A stretch of 34,452 bases of DNA from Fidelibacterota bacterium (GTDB lineage: Bacteria > Fidelibacterota > UBA2242). Shown one piece after another: positions 1-9,234 of the stretch. Numbering within the stretch: position 1 is the stretch's first letter; each line of letters opens with the position of its first letter. The notes under the pieces are model-generated. The model ran no database searches and was not told the DNA's origin. It saw nothing but the letters and a program-made list of their open reading frames with translations. A program made the translations under genes and the position numbers. Location: contig JBNGDF010000026.1 of NCBI GenBank assembly GCA_049975265.1, positions 1 through 34,452 of the forward strand. The letters are read 5' to 3'.

Positions 1-57
1 CACTTTCAACGATCGGAATATACGACAATAAAACCAATTATGCAACTCCCTTAGCAA

Positions 58-741
58 TTAATCCTTTAGAACCTCGATTTTGGCGTTTAGAATCTCATAT
101 TCCGTTTTTTCATCATATCCCAATTGATCCGTTGGGATCTGCGCCAGCGCCGATTCTGCCTGCCGATAATCGCCGACTTCAATATAGGCGCGGGCAGCGT
201 TTAAGAAGCATTGGATCTGCAAAAAGTGGAACGGGCTTGTTTCACCGCCCATTTGAAAATATTCCGCAGCCTGGCGAAAATCATCCTTCTGTTCAAAGCA
301 GACCCCCAGACCGTTATACGCCGCCGCAACCAACAGATCCTCATGGGCATAATCCTCAATGTAATTCCGGTAATAATCTTCGGCATTCTCATAATCATCT
401 TTGCTGATGTATGCACTGGCGAGAAGCAGCGTCGCCATGCCGGCATTTTTCGTACCGGGATAGGTATTGATCAGGGCTTCAAACTGAACAATAGCATTAT
501 CAACATCACCCACCGCCAGCGCCATCTCAGCCAGTCCCAAATCGCCGGCTGCCTCCCGATTGGCTTTCTGTTTCGACTGGATCATCAAAACCGCCAAAAC
601 CACAACTGCCACAACGGCAATTAAAATGTAGCTTAACGTTTTCCCCTTTTCACGGACATAGCGCTCCGCATGGGATATTTTTTCCAGTACAGGGTCCTTT
701 TTAATCTCTTTGCGCAAGATTTTCTTTTTCGGTTTCAGCAT
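58..741 (-). CDS. Membrane-anchored tetratricopeptide-repeat protein (YfgM-like)
   Basis: Basic N-terminus, one TM helix (ILIAVVAVVVLAVLMI), TPR-like helices (AAAYNGLGVCFEQKDDFRQAAEYF). Start moved to ATG 741 because AAAGGAGA lies just upstream. Confidence 0.75.
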   Translation of the reverse strand: MLKPKKKILRKEIKKDPVLEKISHAERYVREKGKTLSYILIAVVAVVVLAVLMIQSKQKANREAAGDLGLAEMALAVGDVDNAIVQFEALINTYPGTKNAGMATLLLASAYISKDDYENAEDYYRNYIEDYAHEDLLVAAAYNGLGVCFEQKDDFRQAAEYFQMGGETSPFHFLQIQCFLNAARAYIEVGDYRQAESALAQIPTDQLGYDEKTEYEILNAKIEVLKD

Positions 742-769
742 AAACGAATCTCCTTTTTCAATCATCCTG

Positions 770-842
770 TACCCTCGCCGGGACTCGAACCCAGATCAGA
801 GGATTAGGAATCCCCCGTTCTATCCCCTTGAACTACGAGGGC
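770..842 (-). tRNA. tRNA-Arg (anticodon CCU)
   Basis: Minus strand folds as a cloverleaf: acceptor GCCCTCG/CGAGGGT, D-arm GTTC/GAAC, anticodon arm GGGGA-TTCCTAA-TCCTC, T-loop GGTTCGAGTCC. CCA not encoded. Confidence 0.96.
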
Positions 843-857
843 TGTAAATAGCCTCTA

Positions 858-887
858 AGTTTATCTCTTTTAGACGTTAAAATGCAA
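858..887 (-). promoter_or_regulatory. Putative sigma70-type promoter of tRNA-Arg
   Basis: TTGCAT-N18-TAAACT on the minus strand, 15 nt upstream of the tRNA 5' end. Confidence 0.55.
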
Positions 888-917
888 GCGGAATATTTCG
901 CCCGCCCGGTAAAGGTA

Positions 918-2045
918 TCAAACCGAATCCAGCCTTGCCAGCCGGCGATTCAATTGATCTGTCAGCCGCTCACTGATGGAGGTGTCGCGATACAATTCAG
1001 CCACCAATTCGCCAGACTGTCGTAATTTATGATAATCAGAGCGGCGGCAACATATCAAATTGCCCAGCGACTCCTTAATCGCCATACCGACGATAATCTG
1101 CTCACTTCCATGCTTAAAATAGACCGCCGGACGATTACTGACCTTGGGAAAAACCGCCAGCAGATATTCACCCGAAGGCGGATCGTATTTCAGCATCAGA
1201 TTCATGCGCGGTTCGCTCTCATGCATGCCCATTACCTCAATGTAGGAGCCGAAATCGGGGACATTGGGAATCTTGAAAATCTCCGCATCCACCTCCAAAA
1301 GATTATCATAAAAAATCAGGAACAGTCGCTCCAGTTCGGTGGTCTCCTTCGAGCGAATCAGGTAGGTAGCCCGTAAAAAGTCCTGAACGCCGTATACTGC
1401 GCCGACCGGACTGTTGTATAGTTCGACCAGATGGGCTTGCCCTACCGGGAATCCGTCTAACAGCTTCTGAATTTGCTCTTCGGCGGGAAGGGTATCTTTT
1501 TGCCCCGCCTGAAAGTGAAAGTGCGGAATCGAGGCGCCCGCCATGGCACCGTTGTAGAAAATGGAATAATCGGAAAGAGACTGTGACAAAGCGATCATAT
1601 CGCCGAAAAATCCGGTAATCAACTGGGGACGGTGATACACCGACGCAATGGTTAAATCACCCGGCATTGTGACACCGGGATTGATCAGCAGGAGATATTG
1701 CCCGTCCAGCGCTAGAACCGCCTTTTGTCGCGGCTCCAATTCGCACAGATGACAGGGTTGTGAAGCGGGTGGTGCTGCCTTCCGCTCAAAAGTCTGAGCC
1801 GTCAGGCTCGGAGCCCGGGTCTCGTTCAGCATCAGACCGATGGGGATGGATCGGACGTCCAGTGTACAGCGACGAATCCGGGAGTATTTTTGCATATTCC
1901 CGATTAAACGCGGCCAGCCGCTTTGCGAATCCAGTTGCTGACGGTAAAGTGCCGCAACACGCGCATTGTCGTCACTCTGTGCCGCGTTCAAGCCGTATGA
2001 CGCTAGTTCGGAATCGCTGATCAGGTGGTTTATAAGACTCATCAC
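918..2045 (-). CDS. DUF4922-like / GDP-hexose phosphorylase-Ap4A phosphorylase-like HIT-superfamily nucleotidyl transferase
   Basis: CxxC-like PCHLC, LINP, H-x-PQ, and FYNGAMAGASIPHFHFQAG (HxHxQ motif). Directly downstream of a GT2, the pairing I recall for DUF4922. Confidence 0.75.
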   Translation of the reverse strand: MMSLINHLISDSELASYGLNAAQSDDNARVAALYRQQLDSQSGWPRLIGNMQKYSRIRRCTLDVRSIPIGLMLNETRAPSLTAQTFERKAAPPASQPCHLCELEPRQKAVLALDGQYLLLINPGVTMPGDLTIASVYHRPQLITGFFGDMIALSQSLSDYSIFYNGAMAGASIPHFHFQAGQKDTLPAEEQIQKLLDGFPVGQAHLVELYNSPVGAVYGVQDFLRATYLIRSKETTELERLFLIFYDNLLEVDAEIFKIPNVPDFGSYIEVMGMHESEPRMNLMLKYDPPSGEYLLAVFPKVSNRPAVYFKHGSEQIIVGMAIKESLGNLICCRRSDYHKLRQSGELVAELYRDTSISERLTDQLNRRLARLDSV

Positions 2046-2061
2046 TTGTCTGACCGGAGAA

Positions 2062-3711
2062 TCAGAATCCGACCCGGTTGTTGAATTTATGAAAATCGGG
2101 ATTACTTAGCACCAAATGTTTCAACTCTTCCAGGATGGATAATTTGAAGGAATACTTAGCGAAATTTTTTCGCACCAGCAGATCGGAACCCAGCTCCTCA
2201 GTGTCGGTGTTGGCGCTGTGCCGGACCGCAATATAGTTGGCTTCATCGAGATTGCGTTCAATGATATATCGTTGAATCAACAGCTGATCCGACAGAGCGG
2301 CATCCTCGCCATACAGCAGATCGGGGTAGCCTCCCGCGGCAATGATCGCCTCTTTTCGGTAGTAGCGCGGCGCTCCCGGACCCGGTATACAGACCTGGAG
2401 CAGCGGATTGTTCTGATTGCACAGATACTCGTCGTGCAGGATGATCCGGTTATCAAGGGTCAGTTCGCCGGTCTCCGAATTGCGCACTGCGGTCTGGTAA
2501 ATGCCGATGATAGCCGCCGCCCCGCTCTTCCTGAACTGTTCTAATATCTTCGTTACCGGGTCACCGATTAGTACGTCGTCCGAATCCAGCTGCCCGATAA
2601 TTCTGTTGCGGGATTGATAAACGCCGAAATTCCGGGTACCGCCCAGGGTCATACCCGACACCTTAAAATATTTGATCATTTCGGAATGTTCGGGCAAATA
2701 GGATTTTACCACTTCGCCGGTATGATCGTGACCGTTGTCTACGATAATCAGCTCGATGGGAATTTTGTGATTCACCCGCTTGCGTACTGCAAGGACTGAT
2801 TCGATGGCATAGTGAATCAGGTGAGCCCGGTTATAAGTAGGCATTACAAACGAAATGCCGTCACCCAGAGATTCGTCGGATTCCACTTTCCGATTGAAAA
2901 AAGAATCGGGTAAAAATGCACCAATATCCTTCAAATATTTCTGAAAACTGATCGGACCCCATTCAAAGCGGGCGGGGTCCTTCGTGTAGGAAAAGTGACG
3001 ATCAACGTCTTCGCTCTCGCTCTTCTCAAATTTCGCCTGCAATCCGCGACCGGGATAATAGGGTTTGCCCCGTTGAAACCGGTACATCGGTTTGGAAATG
3101 GTGTAGATAGTCCCCCCCTGAGCCAGAACACCCATGCGAATGGCATAGTCAAAACCGTAATCCACTTCGGGATCAAATACTCTGGCGTTGATATACTCCG
3201 AACCGACACCAATAAGCGCGCCGTGGCAAAAAAGCGCCGGGTGATTCGAGCGACCGGGGATAATAATATTCGACGGATCATGACCCGGTTTTAATCTCTG
3301 TAATACCAGCCGTTGATCCGGTGTACCTTCGTCAATAACCTCATAATGATCACTGATGATAAATCCGGCATCCGCCAGCGAATGAACCGCACAAAATGCA
3401 TCAACGGTTTTCTGGCTCAGATCAATAATATCACCGGGCGTGGTCAGCAGCAGTAAATCACAGTTTAATAGCCCCGCCTCCCTGGCGGAGAGAATCGCTG
3501 TATTAACATTTTTAAATTCACCGCAATGTTTCCGCAGCCGCTCTGAAAAAGCCGCCGGCAGATTCTCCACCAGATGATGGTTTCCCTCTGAAATAATCAG
3601 CACCTTACAGGTTTCATCGGTCTTTTCCAGAATATTCTGAATCACCTCTCTCATCTGGCTCAATCCGTTCGGGTCGGCTTCGCTTGCAAAGAAAAGCAAT
3701 ACAGTGTTCAT
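2062..3711 (-). CDS. Glycosyltransferase family 2, two-domain
   Basis: C-terminal GT-A motifs ISFVMPTYNR, IIVDNG, QLDSDD, GAPR, YGED. The N-terminal half looks like a degenerate GT-A domain. GAGG RBS upstream. Confidence 0.88.
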   Translation of the reverse strand: MNTVLLFFASEADPNGLSQMREVIQNILEKTDETCKVLIISEGNHHLVENLPAAFSERLRKHCGEFKNVNTAILSAREAGLLNCDLLLLTTPGDIIDLSQKTVDAFCAVHSLADAGFIISDHYEVIDEGTPDQRLVLQRLKPGHDPSNIIIPGRSNHPALFCHGALIGVGSEYINARVFDPEVDYGFDYAIRMGVLAQGGTIYTISKPMYRFQRGKPYYPGRGLQAKFEKSESEDVDRHFSYTKDPARFEWGPISFQKYLKDIGAFLPDSFFNRKVESDESLGDGISFVMPTYNRAHLIHYAIESVLAVRKRVNHKIPIELIIVDNGHDHTGEVVKSYLPEHSEMIKYFKVSGMTLGGTRNFGVYQSRNRIIGQLDSDDVLIGDPVTKILEQFRKSGAAAIIGIYQTAVRNSETGELTLDNRIILHDEYLCNQNNPLLQVCIPGPGAPRYYRKEAIIAAGGYPDLLYGEDAALSDQLLIQRYIIERNLDEANYIAVRHSANTDTEELGSDLLVRKNFAKYSFKLSILEELKHLVLSNPDFHKFNNRVGF

Positions 3712-3999
3712 AAATTGGTTCCTCGACGATCTATTTTATCAATTTCAAATTTCGAAATGGGTCTGGCAAGAGGTATTTTGTGATTGGGTGTAATTAACAT
3801 TCTCATAAAACCATTTCAGGGGTAAACTTCGGTTAGTAAGTTAACCATTCTAATTTCAAAAGTACAGTAAAATATGACGGAAAATGATTTTTCCTCACTA
3901 CATTACCTCACTGGTCTTTGTATATCTGGAAATGGATTTGCCGTCGGAAAAATGGCAGTCCCCGACCGCACAAACGGGCTCACTCAGATCAGCCGTCCC

Positions 4000-5100
4000 T
4001 TATATCTTGTGCAGATACTTATTCGAAAAGAAAATGTCTCGCTCATCCTGGGTGATCTGAAAAACAAATTTAAGCAATTCAACATCCCGCGCCTCCTGCC
4101 GGTGATTGCGCCGCAGGAACATCCGCTGCTGTGTCTCAATCGCCTTTTCAACATTAAACGTAAAGCTGCCACAGCAGAGATATTTCATGAAGCTGACGAA
4201 AGAGGGCACATCCTCATCGATAAACCCGTATAAATAACTACTTACACCAATCGTCTTACCGGTAAATATACTGGTGTTTATCGCCGATTTTGAATAATCA
4301 CCGATAACGCATCCCAGGAACTGCTCTCCGGTATTGATTTTGCCGTTACCCTTCTTGACACTGATCTTACCATAGGTGTTTTTCAGATCGGAATTACAGG
4401 TCCCGGCACCCATATTCACCCAAGTCCCCACAAAGGCGTTCCCCAGAAACCCGTAATGCTGTTTATTGGAATAATCCATTAAAACGGATTCGGTCACTTC
4501 GCCCCGGATTTTGCATACGTTACCGACAACTACCCGATCCCGGATAAGGGTATGTTCGAGAATTTTACACCCTTTGCCGATTTTTACCGGTCCCTCAATC
4601 ACCGTATAGGGAAAAATTTCGGATTCATCATCAATGATTATTACACCGGTGTCAGCATGGAAAATGACGTGCTCATTGATTTTGACATTTTCACCGACAT
4701 ACACATCGGGTTGGATTTCCCTCCATTTTTTCAACCCCAGAAGTCTTTGGAGATTGGCGTCACATACGCGTTTGTGCCAGACAATCGCCTCATGCTGGTA
4801 ACCGATCAGATCAAGCTCCGTATTTCCGGCGCTAATTTTTTCCATATTGTCTGCACTGGGAACCGCCCGGGCGTTGATCCATAGTTCGTCCGGTTTTGGC
4901 GTCGCATTATTTCGGGCAGGGAAATCAAAAAACGGTGTCAACTCGGTGCGGATTCGATATTCAATCTCTGCCTCCGGAAAACTGACGGTTAGCAACTCCT
5001 GCAGTGTCCAGGCGCCAATGGGAATCTGAAACGCCGGGCGGGTCAGCGTCAGCGGATACAAATCTGTCACATTTTCATCTTCGTACACGATCATTTTCAT
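4000..5100 (-). CDS. GlmU-like sugar-phosphate nucleotidyl/acetyltransferase (NTP_transf_4-type N-terminus plus left-handed beta-helix)
   Basis: N-terminal YED..LYPLTLTRP..IG motif, WINAR, hexapeptide repeats, SNKQHYGFLG..GAGTCNSDLKNTYG. Starts 3 nt after the glmS stop. Confidence 0.82.
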   Translation of the reverse strand: MKMIVYEDENVTDLYPLTLTRPAFQIPIGAWTLQELLTVSFPEAEIEYRIRTELTPFFDFPARNNATPKPDELWINARAVPSADNMEKISAGNTELDLIGYQHEAIVWHKRVCDANLQRLLGLKKWREIQPDVYVGENVKINEHVIFHADTGVIIIDDESEIFPYTVIEGPVKIGKGCKILEHTLIRDRVVVGNVCKIRGEVTESVLMDYSNKQHYGFLGNAFVGTWVNMGAGTCNSDLKNTYGKISVKKGNGKINTGEQFLGCVIGDYSKSAINTSIFTGKTIGVSSYLYGFIDEDVPSFVSFMKYLCCGSFTFNVEKAIETQQRMFLRRNHRQEARDVELLKFVFQITQDERDIFFSNKYLHKI

Positions 5101-5103
5101 ACA

Positions 5104-6918
5104 TCACTCCACGGTTACGGATTTTGCTAAATTACGCGGTTTGTCAATATCACAACCTCTTTTGTCGGCGATATAGTAAGCCAGCATCTGCAATGGAACA
5201 ACTGTTAGAAACGGACTTAGCTCGACGATGGTCTCGGGAATATAAATCACATGGTCCGCCGTCACGGTGATCCGTTTGTCATTGTCATTCGCTACTGCTA
5301 TGACGATTCCGTTACGGGCTTTGACCTCCTGAATATTGGACAGTACTTTTTCATACGACTGATCCCGGATACAGATCACAACCGTTGGCATATTGCGGTC
5401 GATCAGTGCAATGGGACCGTGTTTCATCTCGGCAGCGGGATAACCTTCCGCATGAATGTAGCTGATCTCTTTTAATTTCAATGCACCTTCCAGAGCAATT
5501 GGGTAATTGACACCCCGCCCCAGAAACAGTGCATTGGAAACGGTGTAATGGGTTTCCATAATCCGGATAATCTGCTCGGTTTTCGCAAGGACGCTTTCCA
5601 TTTTTTCCGGAATTTCGGCTAAATTTTTCAGGTAATTAATGACATCCTTGTGACTGATTTTTTGCCGGCATTGCGCCAGATAAAGGGTCAACAAAAACAG
5701 CACCTCCAGCTGCGTCGTAAATGCCTTGGTGGAGGCAACTCCGATTTCCGGACCTGCCTGGGTAAAAACCGTGGCATCGCTAACCCGGGCAATCGTACTG
5801 CCCGGAACATTACAGATGGAGAGCACTGTAGCACCGAGCTTTTTTGCCTCTCTGATGCCCGCAATCGTATCCGCCGTTTCGCCACTCTGGCTGATGGCGA
5901 TCACCAGTGTATCCGCCGACAGAACGGGATTCCGGTAACGAAACTCCGACGCATATTCAACCTCCACCGGCATTCTCGCCAGTGATTCAAGCCAGTATTC
6001 CGCTACCAGTCCGGCATGCCAGGAGGTTCCACAGGCAATGATCACAATTCTGTTGCTGTGCTCGAAAATGCCCGCGTCAACCGGCTGGGCAAATCGGATG
6101 TCAAAATCCGTGACATTCACCTCAAAGGTCTGCCGGAGTCGCACCGGCTGCTCAAAGATTTCCTTGAGCATAAAATGCTTAAACTGTCCGCGCTGGCAAT
6201 CACCGGGTGGCACAGCATACACTTCCTGATGTTTTGGAACCTCTTTCCCTTCAAGAAAATTAAAAAATTCGACCTTGCCGTCATCCAGGTTGTAGATGAC
6301 CATTTCACCATCATTCATTAAAAACGCCTTGTCCGTATAGGGAACCAGCGATTGCAAATCAGAAGAGATATAGAATTTATTTTCGTTCAGAGCCGCCACA
6401 ATGGGGCTGCCGTTGCGGGCGGCAACCAGATAATTGCTGTCCCGGTCAATCGCCACAAAGGCAAAGTTGCCCTGAAGCTTACCCGCAACCTCCTTGACCG
6501 CTGCCGGGAAGGTACGTTTGTTCAGAGACCGGGCAATTAATTTTGGGATAATTTCTGTATCGGTTTTCGAGTAAAACCGGTCGCCACGGACATATTTGCG
6601 CAGATCTTCAACATTTTCGATAATGCCGTTATGAACCACATAGATTCGCTTTTCCGAATCCGTGTGCGGGTGCGAATTCTCAATGGAAACATTGCCGTGC
6701 GTTGCCCAGCGGGTATGACCGATACCTGCAAGAGCACTGACCGATTCCAATTCTGCGGCTTCCGATACCTTTCCCACACTCTTTTTCAATTCGATTTTCC
6801 GGCGGGTTTTTAACGCAATTCCCCAAGAGTCATATCCGCGATATTCCAAAGATTTCAAACCGTTGACGATTATCTCGGCACAGTTCCCCGGACCGGCATA
6901 GGCAAATATTCCGCACAT
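5104..6918 (-). CDS. glmS: Glutamine--fructose-6-phosphate transaminase (isomerizing)
   Basis: True start MCGIF (catalytic Cys1) at 6918. LEYRGYDS, GHTRWATHG, SQSGETADT, ALKLKEISYIHAEG, C-terminal PRNLAKSVTVE. Confidence 0.98.
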   Translation of the reverse strand: MCGIFAYAGPGNCAEIIVNGLKSLEYRGYDSWGIALKTRRKIELKKSVGKVSEAAELESVSALAGIGHTRWATHGNVSIENSHPHTDSEKRIYVVHNGIIENVEDLRKYVRGDRFYSKTDTEIIPKLIARSLNKRTFPAAVKEVAGKLQGNFAFVAIDRDSNYLVAARNGSPIVAALNENKFYISSDLQSLVPYTDKAFLMNDGEMVIYNLDDGKVEFFNFLEGKEVPKHQEVYAVPPGDCQRGQFKHFMLKEIFEQPVRLRQTFEVNVTDFDIRFAQPVDAGIFEHSNRIVIIACGTSWHAGLVAEYWLESLARMPVEVEYASEFRYRNPVLSADTLVIAISQSGETADTIAGIREAKKLGATVLSICNVPGSTIARVSDATVFTQAGPEIGVASTKAFTTQLEVLFLLTLYLAQCRQKISHKDVINYLKNLAEIPEKMESVLAKTEQIIRIMETHYTVSNALFLGRGVNYPIALEGALKLKEISYIHAEGYPAAEMKHGPIALIDRNMPTVVICIRDQSYEKVLSNIQEVKARNGIVIAVANDNDKRITVTADHVIYIPETIVELSPFLTVVPLQMLAYYIADKRGCDIDKPRNLAKSVTVE

Positions 6919-7078
6919 CCAAATTTTCCCCAAAACATTATTATTTCAATATATGTAAGTTCTATTAATTTACTATCACTGGGACCCGAACCGCAGAAAA
7001 ATACAAAGCCTCTGCGATTATTGCTCAAATCCCGCATAAAGTTAAAATAACTGTTTCTCAGTCTAAAGGCAATAACTA

Positions 7079-7116
7079 TTCGACAAGATGATAATTTTTC
7101 TTCATCCCTTGCCGAA
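7079..7116 (-). terminator. Hairpin immediately after the ALDH stop (terminator or stability element)
   Basis: TTCGGCAAG..GATGA / TCAT..CTTGTCGAA stem on the minus strand. The U-tract is weak. Confidence 0.4.
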
Positions 7117-8637
7117 TTAAAAAATACGGCCGATAATCTTCAGTAGATTCTTCAGCCCGCCACCTCTTTGCCGGAATCCCGCTCCGTACAGTCCGTGGAT
7201 CAGACCGCTTAAGCCGTCATACAGTTTACGTGAATAGGGGAGCCACCAGAGATTCTTCCGGGTAAATGCCAGCCGGTCGTCCACCACCACCTGCAGTTGG
7301 GTCATCTCGTCAAACCCCGGTTTGCCATGTGTCCGACTGATCCCGCTCTGTTTGAAACCACCCCAGGGGGTCTCCGCCAAACCGTGACTCATGAGATGAT
7401 CATTTATGGTGATCACACCGGCTTCAATGCGTCGTCCGATTGCCACAGCTTTCCGACGGTTCGTCGACCATACCGAGCCGGTCAGTCCCAGATCGGAATC
7501 GTTTGCCAGCCGAATCGCCTCCTCAATCGTCTTAAACGGCATGACGGTGACAACCGGACCAAAGGTCTCTTCCCGCATGACCGTCATATCATGGGTAACA
7601 TTCACCAGCACTGTAGCCGGAAAGTAATGCCGCTTACCATCATTCGGTATTTCCGACTGAGCCGCAATCACCGCTCCCTTTTCCAGCGCTTCATTGACAT
7701 GCTTTTTGATATTCCGGTACTGTTTTTCCGTCGTGATGGCACCGAGTTCCCGTTCATAGGGATCGCCGTTAATGTGCATCTTTGCGATCCGTTGCTTCAG
7801 TTTTTCAATAAATATATCATGGATTTCCTCTTCGACATAGATTCGCTCGATGCCGCCACAGGATTGCCCGGCACTGGAAAACCCAGCCCACAAAACTCCT
7901 TCGATCGCCCGCTCAAGTCGGGCGTCTGCGCATACGATCATTGCATCATTGCCGCCCAGCTCGAGTACCACCGGTGTCAAACTCTCCGCAGCCTTTTTCA
8001 TCAAATATTTTCCGGTCGCCACGGAGCCGGTGAAAAACAGTTTGTCAATGCCACCGTCCAGCAGTGCATCGCCCGCCAGTCGACCGGGCAAAGCAATGTC
8101 TTTGAACAATCCGTCCGGCAAATCCGCCGACCCGATGCACTCCATGAGTTTTCGTGTGACCGCCGGCATATTGCCGGCGGTTTTCAGAAGAACAGCATTG
8201 CCTGCCAACAACGCCATGATAATCTCCGAAAAGGGAATCGCAAACGGATAATTCCAGGGTGAGATGATCCCAATGACGCCAAAGGGCTGCCGATACAATC
8301 TGCTCCGTTTGTAAGACAGAGCCAGGGTACCGCTCCGGAGCTTTTCCGGGCTCAGAAATCGCTCGGCATTTTTACAATAGTAGGAAACCGCCAGCGCTGC
8401 CGGAAGCACTTCCGCCGCCAGCGCGTCAGTCAATACCTTGCCAGTTTCCTCACCGATGGTTTCCGCAATTTCGTGCATCTGCTCCACCAGGAAATCGCGA
8501 ATCTTTCGGATTCTCCGAATCCGCACTTTAACAGGCAGTGCCGCCCATATCTGCTGAGCATCCCGAGCCTTGATTACGGCTTTAGATAGATCGGGAATTG
8601 AATCTTCAGCATTACGCAATCGTTCGGTCTTATTCAT
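7117..8637 (-). CDS. NAD(P)-dependent aldehyde dehydrogenase family protein
   Basis: ISPWNYP, FTGS, LELGG (catalytic Glu), AGQSC (catalytic Cys), EETFGP, PWGGFKQSG. Confidence 0.93.
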   Translation of the reverse strand: MNKTERLRNAEDSIPDLSKAVIKARDAQQIWAALPVKVRIRRIRKIRDFLVEQMHEIAETIGEETGKVLTDALAAEVLPAALAVSYYCKNAERFLSPEKLRSGTLALSYKRSRLYRQPFGVIGIISPWNYPFAIPFSEIIMALLAGNAVLLKTAGNMPAVTRKLMECIGSADLPDGLFKDIALPGRLAGDALLDGGIDKLFFTGSVATGKYLMKKAAESLTPVVLELGGNDAMIVCADARLERAIEGVLWAGFSSAGQSCGGIERIYVEEEIHDIFIEKLKQRIAKMHINGDPYERELGAITTEKQYRNIKKHVNEALEKGAVIAAQSEIPNDGKRHYFPATVLVNVTHDMTVMREETFGPVVTVMPFKTIEEAIRLANDSDLGLTGSVWSTNRRKAVAIGRRIEAGVITINDHLMSHGLAETPWGGFKQSGISRTHGKPGFDEMTQLQVVVDDRLAFTRKNLWWLPYSRKLYDGLSGLIHGLYGAGFRQRGGGLKNLLKIIGRIF

Positions 8638-8676
8638 AGAACTTATTCCTGCTTTCGCTTCATATCCGGGTTTTGG

Positions 8677-8704
8677 AATATACGAGAAGAATCGGATTTT
8701 GCAA
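8677..8704 (-). promoter_or_regulatory. Putative promoter of the ALDH gene
   Basis: TTGCAA-N16-TATATT on the minus strand, about 40 nt before the ATG. Confidence 0.45.
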
Positions 8705-8857
8705 AAATTTTTATCTCCGGCACGAAGATTTTAGATTTTCTGAATCGGGTTGCGTATATTTCTTAAGAACGATCATGACAACAATCCTTTACATAGCACA
8801 TTTTTGTAACCCTTATCACGGGTATCAATCTAACAAGAAAAAAATCAGGAGGACAAA

Positions 8858-9232
8858 ATGATTGCGAAAAAACAGGTATACAAATGTGAGATCTGTGGAA
8901 ATGTTGTCGAAGTATTACATGCCGGCGGCGGAGAACTGGTTTGCTGTGGTCAGCCGATGACGCTGCTGAATGAGCAGACCGCCGATTCCACCACCGAAAA
9001 GCATGTACCCGTCATCGAACGGACGGACACCGGCTACAAGGTAACCGTTGGCAGCACGCTGCATCCCATGGTCGATGCCCATTACATTGAGTGGATTGAG
9101 TTGATCGCCGATGGTAAATCCTACCGCCAATTTCTGAAACCGGGTGACGAACCGGTCGCGCACTTCAACGTTGACGCTAAAACCGTCAGCGCCCGGGAAT
9201 ACTGCAACGTTCACGGTTTATGGAAAGGATAA
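8858..9232 (+). CDS. dfx: Desulfoferrodoxin (2Fe superoxide reductase)
   Basis: Centre I CEICGN...LVCCG; centre [32 protein letters not shown]. Confidence 0.97.
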   Translation: MIAKKQVYKCEICGNVVEVLHAGGGELVCCGQPMTLLNEQTADSTTEKHVPVIERTDTGYKVTVGSTLHPMVDAHYIEWIELIADGKSYRQFLKPGDEPVAHFNVDAKTVSAREYCNVHGLWKG

Positions 9233-9234
9233 AA

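Noticed and set aside
770..917. tRNA as the attachment site of a genomic island
   Set aside because: No integrase is present and I noticed no duplicate of the tRNA 3' end in the window.
3712..3999. Possible c-di-GMP-I riboswitch or other RNA (GGCAAA and short hairpins) upstream of the GT2
   Set aside because: GGCAAA is not followed by the P2/GNRA and GCAAAG-P3 architecture, and the stems are short enough to be chance.
3874..4233. 119-aa plus-strand ORF starting in the intergenic gap
   Set aside because: It is mostly antisense to the GlmU-like gene, with no RBS or protein-like motifs.
6919..6933. N-terminal extension of GlmS in the ORF track (MGKIW)
   Set aside because: GlmS needs Cys immediately after the initiator Met, so the start is 6918.
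6919..7116. Canonical glmS ribozyme upstream of glmS
   Set aside because: The conserved AGCGCC...GACGAGG core is not found on the sense strand.
7297..8262. 321-aa plus-strand ORF
   Set aside because: It is the antisense shadow of the ALDH, with no recognisable motifs or RBS.
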